A stretch of DNA of 63,998 nt, filler included, from Dicyema japonicum (GCA_011109175.1; 10 parts of 10 records of this genome joined end to end with filler, not necessarily neighbours in it); one strand, 5' to 3'. Positions 1-12,612 are shown, counted from the first letter of the whole stretch. The notes: generated by a model from the sequence alone, not told the origin. Numbers and translations: made by a program.

Positions 1-905
1 GATATATGATTTATCCACATCTGACTAGAGTTCCAGATCCAACTTGTAACTACGGTTATCCAGTTATCATAAATGATGTTGATGAACTTTTAGCTTTGAT
101 TAGTGAGTGATTTTATTATTTTAATAGATAAAATAGGTCAAGATTTTTGGATTCAAGGAAAGTTCGTTCAAGGAGAATTTTATTTAAATAATGGTACAGA
201 GATGGTTTTTATAAATCTCAAATTTTAGCCTTACACGAATTTAGTTGGAGAGTATGACTCAGATTATTACTACATTGCTGTTAAGGCCTGTCAATTAAAG
301 ATGACTTTTCGATTCCGTATAGAATATTTAGTATTTGTATGCGAAATTGGTATCAATTTATATTATTTTAGATTACCCTATTAATGCTACTAATGATTAT
401 GTGCGACCGCAAACTTCTCTTTATTATCGGAGATCTATACCGAAGTATGCACAGCGAAACCACACCACTTATTATATACATAATGGGAGAGGATACATCG
501 TCACTAATAAATATCATAATTATACGCAATTGGGTCTTGCATGTGGACAATATCATGCTACTGTAGTTGAGATTAACGATGATCAAAAGAAAGAATTAAT
601 CTATAGTAACTTTATAATAATTGTTCAGATATAATTGAAGCGGATTCATTTGTCGATGACAGACGTGGTAATACAAATGACATTAAAATTATTGAGTATT
701 GCTATGGTGAAATTGTGGACTTGGGGTATATGAAATATTTTGTTCTGCAGCATGTAGTATGTGAGACAGGTTGCTATAATATTTGAGTATAGATGAACAG
801 ACAATAGTCAATATGTTTGTCGGAAAAACACGATTTGATAATAATCCGAATATTACAACGACTCGACACTTCACAATTCCTATCGATGTTATTCCAAACA
901 ATTAA
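1..905 (+). CDS. 3' part of a spliced gene with two divergent C-type-lectin-like domains (5' end outside the window)
   Basis: Removing GT-AG introns 103-127, 205-228, 350-371, 606-628 and 770-792 (22-25 nt) gives one frame from nt 3 to TAA 903-905. It contains CTLD-like motifs 'DFWIQG..GEFYLNNGTEMPYTN...FVCE' and 'HNGRGYIVTNKYHNYTQLGLACGQYHATVVEI...VVCE'. Domain call is by motif resemblance only. Confidence 0.65.
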
Positions 906-1749
906 CAAACTAATGATTTGTTAACTAAATCCATTTATTCTCCGATCATTCAATTTAAATTATTCAATAAGTAGTACTAGTTTGATAAAATCTCAAATCA
1001 ATGTTAAACTAATACCTATTTTTCTTTCTGATAATTTGATTTCTGAAAAACTAAAATTTAAATCATTTAAAAGTCATGATTATTCTACAAATCCACCTGT
1101 TTATTGAAATAACCATTCTCCTGGTCGAAGAAAATTCGTGATCTTTATTTTTCCAAGTACTACATTGAGAGATAGATTTTTTAGAAAACGTTAAATAAAA
1201 TAAATTTTAAAAGATTCTCTCATCAATCCCTTGTTCATAACTTATGATATTGATCTTTTTCGAGTTTCTATTTTATTCAATTTTACGAGAAAGAAGCATA
1301 GGTCTTGATCCATAACAAAGTTAACATTATAGTTAGTCCAATAGATGTACGATACATTTTTTACCTTCATTTGATTAATACCTAGTTTAATAACCAGGTA
1401 TATAACAAATACTTTAGCCTATATTGGTCATTATAGTGTAAAAGTGAAAATGATTTGATGTCAATAGGTGAAAATGGTCGTAAGGAGTCTCTTCTGAACT
1501 ACCATGCCTATTTTAATTTTCTACAAGTTACAAGTTAGGATAAAATTGAATAGGATAAAATTGAATAATCTTGACAACATCTTTACTGTCAACTTTATAG
1601 TTATATATACACGTGGTGGTGTTGTTGTGCGTAATTGTATAGCGAATAGTTCATTACCCACGGAACTGAACTGAAGTATTACTCATTACTAGGGAACCTC
1701 ATCATGGAGCGACGTTCAAATCATGGAGCAACACATATTATACACAAGA

Positions 1750-3830
1750 GAATGGACACGACATGCTCTTCATGTGGTTATACCAATGCACGCAAATATT
1801 GACTTTTCTGCTCGTTTTGCGGGGATTTTTTCCACTTCGGATGTAAAAAATGTCTCAGCGGCCGCATGTTCGCTCTGCCTGTGGAACTGCAGTGTCTGCA
1901 TGGGCACTGGTCAGAAAACCTAGACGATCATTCTAAACAAGCCCGTTGAACCGAATGATCCTTATGACCTCCATGATATGAACTCCCTAGTCGGATCTAA
2001 TAAAATCCAGGAAGATTCCAATAAGAATCCTAAGACATGGCTGGCTTCTGCAATTGACGATGCTCTCACGTCCGAAGACCAAGAGGCCTGGCTAAAATTC
2101 CTCAGTTTCATTTCACTGGCACTTGGAATTTCATTTATCGTCTCAAAAGAAGATCAACGGAACATAGAAGAAAGTACGACACTTGGGAACTCCCTTTCCT
2201 CGAAAATGAAGAAGATCAACCAAAACGGAAGTCCTGAAACCAAAGCACTCTGATGCCAATCCTCCGTTTTCTTTGAATAATCCGGACAAACAAGGTGAGA
2301 GAGTAAATCGTAAACTATTTGAAGGCGACGTCCGATTGGCGTTGTTGTCTGCGACGATACGTTATTGGCCGTAACCTTGAAGACCTTGAACTACTCAGAC
2401 GAAAACATCCATGTCCCCCGGCAGATTACCGCTCATTCGTACTTCCGGGAAATGTGCCAAGTGCGAAACGCCGAGTAGCAGTGGAGTACTCGATGGCTTA
2501 CGGCCAGATCACATCACGGATTATTGGCCGTAACCTTGAAGACCTTGAACTACTCAGACGAAAACATCCATGTCCCCCGGCAGATTACCGCTCATTCGTA
2601 CTTCCGGGAAATGTGCCAAGTGCGAAACGCCGAGTAGCAGTGGAGTACTCGATGGCTTACGGCCAGATCACATCACGGATCTTGCTACGGAGGCTATTGC
2701 AGAAGCTGGCTGCAACCTTGTCAAATCAATTACAAAACTAGTTATGCGTATATTGAACGGAGACATTCTTCCTCACGCATGGGAGATTTTTTTCAGTGCA
2801 TATCTACTGGCCATTCTAAAAACCCGAAGGTGGGTCCGCCCTATCGCGGTCAGCAACTATTTCAGGAGTGACACAGAAAATCGCATGCAGCATTGTCTGT
2901 CTTATAATATCTAAATAATTTTCCCCCTCCAACTATGGGATCGGTGTAAGGAATGGATGCTAGTTGGCAGTGCATGCTGCGAGGTGTTTTTTTTAAAGAA
3001 AGACAAACAAAACCCACACATTGGGGTCAAGCTGGACATTTGCAATGCCTTCAATACACTGCGGAGGGATCAAATTTTCGAAACTACAAGCAAACGAGTC
3101 CCAGAACTTATTCCATTCGTCTACCTCGCTTACGGACAGTATTCGAATTGGAATCGCACAGCACCAAGGAGTTTATGTATGAAAACCAATGCGGTTGTGG
3201 AAGAATCGTCAATGCCAAAGGGTTGCATCGGCTTTCGTGCAAAAGGAGTGCGGGCAGAGCACCCCACCATGCTGCTATTAACAACATTGTTATGCTTGCT
3301 CTTGAAGTTGCAGGCTTCCAGGCAGTGCGGAGCCCGTGGGATTAGACCCCTGAGATGGCGAAAGATCGGATCGGCTTTCGTGCAAAAGGAGTGCGGGCAG
3401 AGCACCCCACCATGCTGCTATGAATAACATTGTTATGCTTGCTCTTGAAGTTGCAGGCTTCCCGGCAGTGCGGAGCCCGTGGGATTGGACCCCGGAGATG
3501 GCAAAAGATGGGATTGACTAACAATCTTTCCATTCACTAAGAGAAACTCGCTCGTATAGAATACAGTATTGTGAATTTTTTCTCGAACTTGAAGGTACTC
3601 AGCGGCGCATTCTACTGGATGGGAGCCGATCTTGGAGGGAAAATCAAGATGGCGAAATTAGAGACCGCTTTCGTTTTTAAGGAAATCGGGGTGGGAAATT
3701 GGCCCACTGTAGGAAAGACGTGCTGGAAGCGATCTGGCTAAGGCAACGAATTGGGATTGAGTTGTCTGCAGAAACGCTAACTCCGTAGTGTCAGCAGCCG
3801 CTCTTCCTCGTTAAATATTATTAATAACAC
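1750..3830 (+). mobile_element. Degenerate CRE-clade (RLE) non-LTR retrotransposon with N-terminal PHD remnant
   Basis: Frameshifted CSSC..CSFCGDFFHFGC..WNCSVC (PHD); RT motifs 'SSGVLDGLRPDH', 'RPIAVSN', 'KLDICNAFNTLRRD'; C-terminal 'CGCGRIVNAKGLHRLSCKRSAGRAPHHAAIN'. Confidence 0.8.
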
Positions 3831-3879
3831 ATTCACGAAAGCCATAATATTTATAGTCCCTTATGTGCAGCAAAAAATC

Positions 3880-4590
3880 CAAGAGAAAGAGTTAGCTTAC
3901 TGAAGGCTTTTATGTTCTTAGCCAGATCCCTCAGTGTGTCAAGGTCATTAGTAGATGCTTTTTTTGCCATTCAGATCGCCTTGTAAAACGACCAGGAGGG
4001 TTGTTCTGGTCTTCCACGAAAGCGATTCATATGGGAGGAGTAGTAATCATCCATAACAATATTCGCAATATTCGGATTTGATTTTTGCGGAGATGGATTC
4101 TGGTAAAGTACTGTCTGAATAAGATTGAGGGAGAATACCATTGACGCATTTTGTATCTGAATCAGATATTGTTGTCAGGACCTTTCCGGTGCTTTTTCAG
4201 TTGACATAGCTTTTTTATCTTTATCGTTTACAAACATCCATTGATCTTTTTTGGCTCAAATAAACTCCTAGTGAATCAAGTAATTGAATTTAAACCGTGC
4301 ACTACTTACATTTGTTGGTTATCCATTTTTTATTTAATCACATTTCTGTTGTATTTCTGGGTTTTTCATTAATCCAATTCTTGAATTAGACATTCTAGCA
4401 GTTTGACCTGTATCCGTGTACTGAATGTAAAATAAAAAACTAGATCTGTAGCAGAGAAAAACCGGTCGAGTTAGTTCTAGTAATAAGCGAATACCAATGC
4501 CTCGACAAGATCAACATCCAAAGTAAGGCGTGCTAACCTACTGATTTTCGGATTCCTAAGAAGACAAGCTTAAACAAAAGAAATTACANN
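3880..4590 (-). mobile_element. RTE-like LINE remnant (3' region)
   Basis: Minus frame 'MDDYYSSHMNRFRGRP...DLDTLRDLA' matches the C-terminus of the 24.5-26.9 kb RTE-like ORF ('MEDYF...FRGRPRSTL...DLDELRSLA'). Confidence 0.55.
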
Positions 4591-5379
4591 NNNNNNNNNN
4601 NNNNNNNNNNNNNNNNNNNNNNNNNNNNNNNNTTAATTAATTAANNNNNNNNNNNNNNNNNNNNNNNNNNNNNNNNNNNNNNNNNNNNAATTATATTTCC
4701 AATGTTAAAATATGAGAATTGTTTTCGTTCAGAGTAATTTTGATATTTTATGTTTGTGTGTTTTGAAATTGGATATTTCTGTTTCTTGGAAATAAAATTA
4801 TTAATCAACGCAAATCTTAAATTGTTTCTAATGTGCGTTTATATATTAATTCTACTTCCACTCTAAAAAGTAGTCTGGAAAAGGAAGGTCTTGGATGTTA
4901 AGACTTCTATAACCATCGAGGACTTGTTGGAGTTCAGGGTCGTATACGTGGCTTTGATGAGCTTCAAGGATGAGGTACATAATGCAATGTGCAATATATA
5001 GTTGGCATCCCGTAAGTGAGCAGTCAGGTAGGCGTTGCTGAGGAACGATACTCGTTATTACAGAGAAAATTCTTGAAACGAGTGGTCCGAAGAAAAAAGT
5101 GTCCGGAGTATAATCGATCCATATAAGCGTCGAGGACGGTGAACTGTAGGATTTACTGTCGGCTAAGCATAATAAAAGGAGTGAGGTTTGATCTCGTACT
5201 TCTTTCGCTGGCTTTTGATAATATCCTCTTTCATGTCTATTCCCTCTTGATGAAAAAAATATTAATTTATTTTTCAAATATAAAATTTAACAAATTTATT
5301 TCATTTTAACAAATACATTTTTGTTAAAAAATATTAAATTAATATCTTTTTCTTTTCACAAAATATTCCTAAAAAAGTA

Positions 5380-5478
5380 AGCGGATTCGGGAATCGGCGG
5401 ATTCGAGAATCTTCTCTAAGGAATTTCAATAAATTTGACTTTTCTATAAAAAATCGGCGATTCGAGAGACAATACTGT
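5380..5478. mobile_element. Right end of a pogo/Tigger-like DNA transposon or MITE
   Basis: Repeated (g)cggattcg motifs ending in ...caatactg|ta; no matching left end found. Confidence 0.4.
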
Positions 5479-6099
5479 AATTAATTATTTTATTAATTTA
5501 TCAAAAGATGATTTTGTCAAGACACAAGAAACCATCAACATCTATTAAAAAAGTCTTTAATATAATAATTCTTTTACGTTGATAGTTGATTTAAACCCGA
5601 TTTGAAAAATAAAATTTATCTAAATTTAATTAAAAATGTGGTTTTATGGCATCTATCTTGTCCATTAAAGTATGTAAATTTGCCTGTCCATTGAAAGTTT
5701 TTAATTTTTAATGTAGGTCGTTGATATGAATCATCATATTTTTGCTTCTTTTCCAAATGAAAGGTTTGAGCTAGATCGTGTAGATCTAAAAAAGTTTTCA
5801 GCTTTAAATAATATTTATAAATAGATTTTGACAGTCATCGGTGTTTTTAGATAGGTTCGAGTTAAGAGTCTCCATTCTATCCAGCTGCTGAAATAAATTA
5901 ACGTTTTTATCAAATAATCGAGTCGAAGTAAAGCAAGCATTTTTATTTAATAGATAAAATATGCAAATGGAAATGTTTCGAGGAAACCCATGGCAAGACT
6001 AAAAAAATAATTAATTTTTAACATGATTTGTTCGAGGTAAAAATGCAACCGTTTGCCTATGCGTATTCATCCGCCCATGTCACAAAATAGCAAATCAGA

Positions 6100-7480
6100 T
6101 TTTTATTAGGAATAAATATCAACTGAATAGCCCGCCATTTTCTGCATTTCTGTGAGGGTGAGGGGAATCATTGGATGTTCAACGGAAGGGAGACCGCGAT
6201 AGACTTCATCATACACTCCCCAAACAGTCTCCAATGATAATTTCAGACATTTTAAGCCTACAAACAGCATGTCGGCTCACCAACCATATTCCTCTGTCAT
6301 TTTATCAAGCTAAACTGAGGATGAGTGAAATTGGAGTAATTCTTGAGTATATTTTCACGTTTTTCTACCCCAAATCAACACCGGGACAATACATAACAAT
6401 CCGAGATGGTGTCCACTGACCAATCCGAACTCTCTCCCTTCGTAATTCCCCGAAGAATGTTCAACTTAGACAAATCCAAGACCAGAGGGGCCTGTATGGC
6501 AGCCAACTTATCCACTCCGAGTGCAAGCAGGGAATTAACCAACCAATTATACCAGATGGAACATTTTCTCCGTCATGGAAGGACAAAAACCCTCAACACG
6601 GCAATAACGCGGAGTGCGAAATTGACAGAATAAACAGCGCTCACCAACATCACTCTGTCGAGAACTAATCACCGAGCACACATTGAGGGCAGTCTCCGAC
6701 AATTTCCGGGGCATTGGGACTGGCAGTACTGCTGACCTCGCGCATCCGCGATTTTCGAGGAAAGGCACCGCACAATGTCTCGAGTTCTAGAGGAAAGGAC
6801 TGGTCCCCGTGGATTGAATGTGACCAATTTAACTACACGGAAGTCATAAGCATGTTGCATTTAGTGTGAATCAGAGAATTGTAGACTATGTTTCTGGTGG
6901 TTTCCACCAACTCCCGAAATACGAGGACGAATATAAAAGACCGGCCCCCCTCTGTGGACAGATCAAAGTCGATTTGTGTCAGCACATCCTTCAAAAGGGA
7001 GTACAATCGCCTCGATCGAGTCATGTCTGCAGAGAAAATGAGTTGTTCCACTTTATCCTACCAATAACCATCTCCCCGACCTAGACTGGCTGGACCACAC
7101 TCTCCACCACTCGATTGAGCACATCGAGACAACACGTATCACACATATCAGCCAATGTGAGCTCGTTCTCCACCATAGTGACCAGCCATTGGAGAAGGTC
7201 CTCGATTCCCCTCTCGGCTGTCCTGACAAAGTCGGCCAGGACTTGTTCTCTTCTTAGTTGTACTATTCTCTCCCATACTTGTCTACAACTCCTATCAACA
7301 CGGCCAACCCCATGTCCTCCCCATTTCTCCTCGGAATAGTCAGAGCAGTCCTCAACAGGAGTCGTGTCTCCTCAGTAAGTGTCAGTTGGGGGGTCCGTAG
7401 GAGGCCTGTGGTGATCAAATCCTTTCAACCTTCCGTAGGGGCCAAGAAAGGGGTGTGCCCTGAAAGGGGTTTCATCTCAA
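6100..7480. other. Unassigned GC-rich island with broken reading frames
   Basis: Visibly more GC-rich than the flanks; stop-interrupted but coding-like minus-strand frames; no motif recognised. Confidence 0.35.
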
Positions 7481-7986
7481 CTATTTAATACTTTTTGGAT
7501 TTTCTACAAAATTTGACTTGCAGTCAAGTTTATTGCAAAAAATCCTTTTTTCATCTCAACCATTTAATACTTTTTGGATTTATACAAAAGCCTATTTTTT
7601 GCCTATTTTTATTAAAATTTTTACAATTATTTCTTTTTTGTTGGATTTTTGATCTCTTTGGTTTAGAATAATGCATTAAACGAGGATTCGTATAGGGCAA
7701 GTTCAAAATGAATTGTTTTTCCATTTTTTTTAATAGAATATCAGCTATTTTTTGATGCAGGACAGACTCTTCGGGCTGCAATTTTGCACGCGAGCCTCCG
7801 GAAGACATTACCGACTGCAATAGGGTGCACTTCTCCGTCATTTTTCGGAAAGCAATCAGATGTGAACAGAAAAGGAGATCCCTAGCCAAGCCTGGGATCT
7901 CAGCATTGATGATCCGTTCGACAAGTTTGGTAAGATCAAGCGGGTTCCAGCTTCCATAGTCAAACGAGAAATTATGTGCTTTATAT

Positions 7987-8940
7987 CAGTGGTTCTCAAC
8001 CTTTTTTACTCGTCGCCCTTTTTGAACTTTCATCGCCTAACCAAATATTTCATCGCCCCAAAAATTATCGTTGTGATATATTAATGTAAAATTTTTTTTA
8101 TAAAATTTCTATTAATAGTTAATTTGTTTCCGGAAGAAATGAAAAGAAACACAAAGTTACGACAATTAATTTAATTAATGTGCCTCTTGGAACTGATGTT
8201 TATTTGATAGAGCTTCACAATCTGCTTTTATATTTGTCAGATTGAGTCGAATATCTCCACGATCACATTTGGCTAAATCCTCTTTCGACTAAATAAGAAA
8301 AAGGAAAACATAATAACATCGGGGTTATTTCATTCCAAAGACTAGGCAAATGTTCTTCTATATTTTTATATTGCCAAAATTTTGAAATTTCACAATTTTC
8401 GTGTCTGAATTCGTGTTCTTGCCGGTCTCATACCCTAATGTGAGACCGGGGTTATGCAACAACAACAACAACAATTCGTGTTCTTCGTCTTTTTTTAAAA
8501 GAATTAATTCTTTTCGCAAGTGAATTGGACACTCAACTATATCAACAATAAATGGATTGATTATCCATCGTGAATTTGAATATTTATCATATCATGAAAA
8601 CGGGAATTTATTTCCGATTTCAGCATAATAAATGTTTTGAGAAAATTGCATAATCTTTGACATTTAAAAAAGGTTTGAAGTTTAAAAATAATTTTTAAAA
8701 TACCTAAAAGGAGGAGAGAGATCTCCAACAGAGAGTGAAAAATCTTAATTAAATATCGTAACCTCAGTGAAATTTGGTTTATATAATAAACTGTTTTTAT
8801 CTAAGAATTGGTAAAAATTTAATAGAATATATTTAAAATTTTCATTAGAAATCGAACGCCCCAAATTAAAAAATCCATTGCCCCATCTGATAAAATTCAT
8901 CGCCCCATTTGGGCGATATTGCCCACGTTGAGAACCACTG
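7987..8940. mobile_element. Non-autonomous hAT element (~954 bp)
   Basis: 14-bp TIR cagtggttctcaac / gttgagaaccactg; 8-bp TSD ctttatat / ctttacat (one mismatch); subterminal catcgccc repeats. Confidence 0.85.
8421..8472 (+). mobile_element. 52-bp retrotransposed LINE 3' terminus (hairpin + (CAA)n tail)
   Basis: 13-bp TSD aattcgtgttctt at 8408-8420 and 8473-8485; stem ccggtctca/tgagaccgg; homologous to the LINE 3' end at 23748-23795 (minus). Confidence 0.85.
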
Positions 8941-9829
8941 CTTTACATGACCATCAAATCTTTTACTGCTACTCGGTCTGATAGATCTACTCGGTCTGAA
9001 AGACCAGATTTCATCCTTAGAAATTGACAATATAAGAGCGTTGTCTTGTGTGGGAAACTTCCGTAAGTTATTTGGGGCATCGGATGTTTGTTTTTGAAGT
9101 GTTCCAAAGTCTTAGCACTAGATTCAGCAAGTGAATCAGCGAAGAAAATAACTGAACGGCCCACAAGGATGTCGCCATCTATTAGTTTACGACTGACTTG
9201 GGTTTTGAACCACTGACGGGATTTTTCCTTAATGCACGTTTGGTAATTGCTCGCATCCCATATGTAGTCAATCCATGAGACGTCCAGTCTCGCAGAGTTC
9301 GACTTAATTGCAGGCAAGAGGCTTCGCTTTTGTACTGAACCATAAATTGTTTGTCCAAGCACACAAGTGCAAAGGAGAGAATACGGATCCAAGAAGGGTC
9401 CCCCCCGGAGCTTAGCGCATCAGTGATAAGATCGCACAAGCAGTTGGCCGCATAGATCCAAGCCTGTTTAGGGATCTGTAATCATATTTTCTTAGATTTC
9501 CGTAAGTTGGAAATTTTGAGAATATAATGTTCTGATTTAGGTTCATGAAGCGAAGGAGACTTATATCCCACACGACAAGCTTGATGCGGTGAAGCCGCGA
9601 TTCCGAGTGGAGCCATACAACAGTGGCAGCTCCATCGCCGAAGTAATTTCACTGCGGCTTTGGTAAGGTGCGCGCAGCTAATATGCCAGAATTTATTACA
9701 CATTGAACAGTAAACTCCACATTTCCTGGTGTCGACAAACTTGCAATGAAACTCGACCAGCATAGCCTGTTTACGCTCTGCAGCCATGCCACACAGCCGG
9801 TCATGCTATGACAATTGCTGGCCTCGGAA

Positions 9830-10030
9830 CATTATTAGAGGATGACTGCATACGCATCGGTACTGCAATGAGATTTGGACTTGACATGTCCGAACAACAT
9901 CGTTGCAGATGTGAAAAATGGTTGACGTCAAGGGTGTCCACCCACTCCTTGCAAAAGAAGTGCTAGGCGAGCTCCTCGGCACTCCGCTATAAACATTGTT
10001 ATGTTACGCGCTCTTGAGTCAGTGAGCCTT
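9830..10030 (+). mobile_element. CRE-clade C-terminal fragment, head-to-head with the 7760-9790 copy
   Basis: 'LGTLLEDDCIRIGTAMRFGLDMSEQHRCRC...CKRSARRAPRHSAIN'. Confidence 0.75.
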
Positions 10031-10112
10031 AATTCATAGAAATAAATTCTTCTATTTTGATAAGATCGTAAATATCTGTATTAATTCTTTAATTAAATTC
10101 ATATCTGTAGAC

Positions 10113-10429
10113 CAGTGCTTCCCGATTCGTTTTGAGTTCGCACCCCCAAAAATTTTAAAAGCCAACCTGGCACCCCCATTTTCAAATCTAACAGAGAATT
10201 TTATTAAAAAAATCATTTAAAAAATTGCGGATTAGTGAATTTTCGGATTATTGAATCAAATTTGGCAGGAAACAGTTAGAACATTTATAATTTCAATTAA
10301 AAAAATTCGGATTATTGAAGTTTCCGGATTATTGAAGTTCGGATTAACGAGGGCTGATCGTTCCAGGCACCCCCTAAAAAATTTCAAGCACCCCTAGGGG
10401 GTGCGGACACCCCCAATCGGGAAGCACTG
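10113..10429. mobile_element. hAT MITE (317 bp)
   Basis: Perfect 15-bp TIR cagtgcttcccgatt / aatcgggaagcactg; perfect 8-bp TSD ctgtagac (10105-10112, 10430-10437); gcaccc subterminal repeats. Confidence 0.92.
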
Positions 10430-10518
10430 CTGTAGACTGTTCTTTGAAATATACTCTTTGCATTTCTTTGAAACAATTCTCAATTGTTATCGGACAATGT
10501 TTATGAGAACCTGACACC

Positions 10519-11147
10519 TGTCACAACACTGACAGCTCGCCATAAAATAATAATCCACGTTAAAATAATTACGTTAACCTAATGGCCCATATGAGGATGT
10601 TTGTTAAAGATGATGCAGAGTAAAATCTACTGAAATCCATCCTTGAAGGGCAAGACGTGGATATTTCGAAAGTTAGAAAGTTCCGACTAAAAAAGAAAGC
10701 TGAAAATTTCATTCTTATTGACAGAAAGCTATATCTGCGAAATACTAATCGACTTTACAAGCTTGTTATTGCTTTAACAAGCACAGAAGAAATGAAAATT
10801 ATTGCTCAAGAAATCCACGAAACAAACCATTGTGGGCATAATGCTCTGGATGCACTTTGCAGAAGGAGATTTTTCGTAATCAAGCGAAACATCATTCGTC
10901 AAGTCGTAAGTGAGTGCAATATATGCAAGTTTGCTGTGCCACTGAAACAGTATGACGATTCGAGCCATATTGTCGCTGATTTACCTAATGAAAGGTTTCA
11001 AGTCGATTTAATTGATCTTAAAAGGTTTAAAGTTTATTAGTTATTATTGTAGATTTGAGAATCAAAATGATCATTTTTCTTGGTTATTATTTGTAGTAGA
11101 CATATATTAAAAATATGCATTCACCAGGAACCTACTGAACAAAAGTG
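10519..11147 (+). mobile_element. Ginger/GIN-like integrase transposon (5' part, cut by gap)
   Basis: HHCC zinc finger 'HETNHCGHN...CNICK' and rve start 'PNERFQVDLIDLK-R-FENQNDHFSWLLFVVDIY*KYAF' after removing a 28-nt GT-AG intron 11025-11052; possible TGTCAC left end. Confidence 0.75.
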
Positions 11148-11759
11148 NNNNNNNNNNNNNNNNNNNNNNNNNNNNNNNNNNNNNNNNNNNNTTAATTAAT
11201 TAANNNNNNNNNNNNNNNNNNNNNNNNNNNNNNNNNNNNNNNNNNNNTTATATAGTGATGAAAAAGTTTAAAAAAACTTTGAAAATATCATAAAGCAATT
11301 AGGTATAAGAAAAAATGTCAGCACCTGGCAGCAGGCACCTAGTGTAACCTGCCGCAATCGATATCCTTGTTTAAAAGTTGAAATACTGAAGATAATTCTT
11401 TCTGCAATAAATATAAGGATAGGAAACCTAGTTCATAACATACAAAACTATGTGTAGTTAATCTTCTCCAGACCATAAATGAATAATCATTCCCTTTGTA
11501 CAGTTACTACATTATAACTTTCGATGTGAATTTTATGAGTGAATTAGCATAACCATACACTCTGAATTAGTAAAAATTCAAAAAAGCAAAATTATATCTT
11601 AAGACCGCATACAAGAAATGTTATATCTTCCATATGACAATCTTTAAAGAAACATACAATCTTTCTGAGTTAAATAATGCTGCCGAGATTCTTTTTGACT
11701 TGAAAGAACAGAAGAATATATATAAATACAGGAATGCTTGAAGTCGACAGACTTTAACA

Positions 11760-12200
11760 CTCGGTTGAAGCTCGACACCCTAAATCGGGGAGCGACTGAA
11801 GAAGGTACTGTAGTCATTCCTGGTCAATGGAAAATACTTGTGTGAGATAAAATCTCCATGACACTTTCTCAACCACAAATCTCACCCTTTTCATATTGTC
11901 ACGAGATTTTAGTTCTGAAGGTCAAAGAGCAGAAAAAGTACATCGGGATATTGAACTGCTTCATCTTTTTGCCCATTTCAGTAGATGCTACATAATATAA
12001 TCATCCGACTTATATTAATTACAATAATTCGTGTATTCATAATTATTTTAATTTAAAGCTCATTGGAAAGCAGAGCAGTGACCACCGGGAAACCAGCTGG
12101 CTGTACCAGAGGGTATCGATAGCAATCTTGCGAGGTAACTCGTTTGCTATCCGCGGTGCAGCCACTGGGGAATCCTAAATCCCTGGGTTTCCTTCAGAAG
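11760..12200 (+). mobile_element. CRE-clade RLE domain and 3' end, degenerate
   Basis: 'RETSWLYQRVSIAILRGNSFAIR'; 3' end nearly identical to that of the 22890-23250 copy. Confidence 0.7.
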
Positions 12201-12309
12201 GAATATTTCTAAATTGAAAAATAATTGTTTTTTATAATAAATTATTTTTAATTTAAATAAGCCGGCAAATTTTAGATGTGTCGTTGGCACCTTGTAAGAA
12301 CGATCTGAA

Positions 12310-12612
12310 ATGGAACATTTTGGAGAAAAGTATCAGGATTTAATCGAACACCTAAAGGAACAATTTAAACTAAGAGATGATATTATAAACTCGCTTCTAG
12401 TCTAATTTTTGTTTCAACATTTTAGGATTATAAAGATAAAAATGAATTATATCTGAGTAGAATAGGTCTATCAGATGCCAAAAATCCATTTTGTGTTTTT
12501 TTACGTAACTTTGATCAAAAAAATATGTCGGAGAAAGATGTAAACTCCNAAAAAAAAAAAAAAAAAAAAAGATTCTCAGAATAGTGTTTCCGAAGAGTCA
12601 AGAATTATATAG
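12310..12612 (+). CDS. Possible small host gene of unknown function with a 26-nt intron
   Basis: ATG 12310, 30 codons, phase-0 GT-AG intron 12400-12425, frame continues 'DYKDKNELYLSRIGLSDAKNPFCVFLRNF'; interrupted by an N and poly-A at 12549; no homology recognised. Confidence 0.3.

Larger units (their letters stand above)
7760..9790 (-). mobile_element. CRE-clade retrotransposon (PHD + RT N-half), split by a hAT MITE
   Basis: PHD 'CSMCNKFWHISC...WSCHCC' at 9.6-9.75 kb; frame resumes beyond the MITE with 'LARDLLFCSHLIAF...GEVHPIAVGNVFRRLACKIA' (7.8-7.97 kb). Confidence 0.8.

Noticed and set aside
2362-2680. Direct repeats as a CRISPR array or LTR pair
   Set aside because: Two abutting 159-bp copies with no spacers, no TG..CA ends and no PBS; eukaryotic context.
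3562-3595. tacagtattgt as left TIR pairing with the pogo-like end at 5478
   Set aside because: Only ~9-11 bp match, lies inside the CRE RLE coding region, and a scaffold gap intervenes.
4633-4644. Palindromic TTAATTAATTAA inside N-runs (nine occurrences) as a regulatory or recombination motif
   Set aside because: Always centred in an identical 100-nt gap; a six-frame-stop assembly spacer. Adjacency across these gaps is also unreliable.
12549-12570. Poly-A run as a processed pseudogene tail
   Set aside because: Begins at a single-N contig join, and no TSD or parent gene is identifiable.
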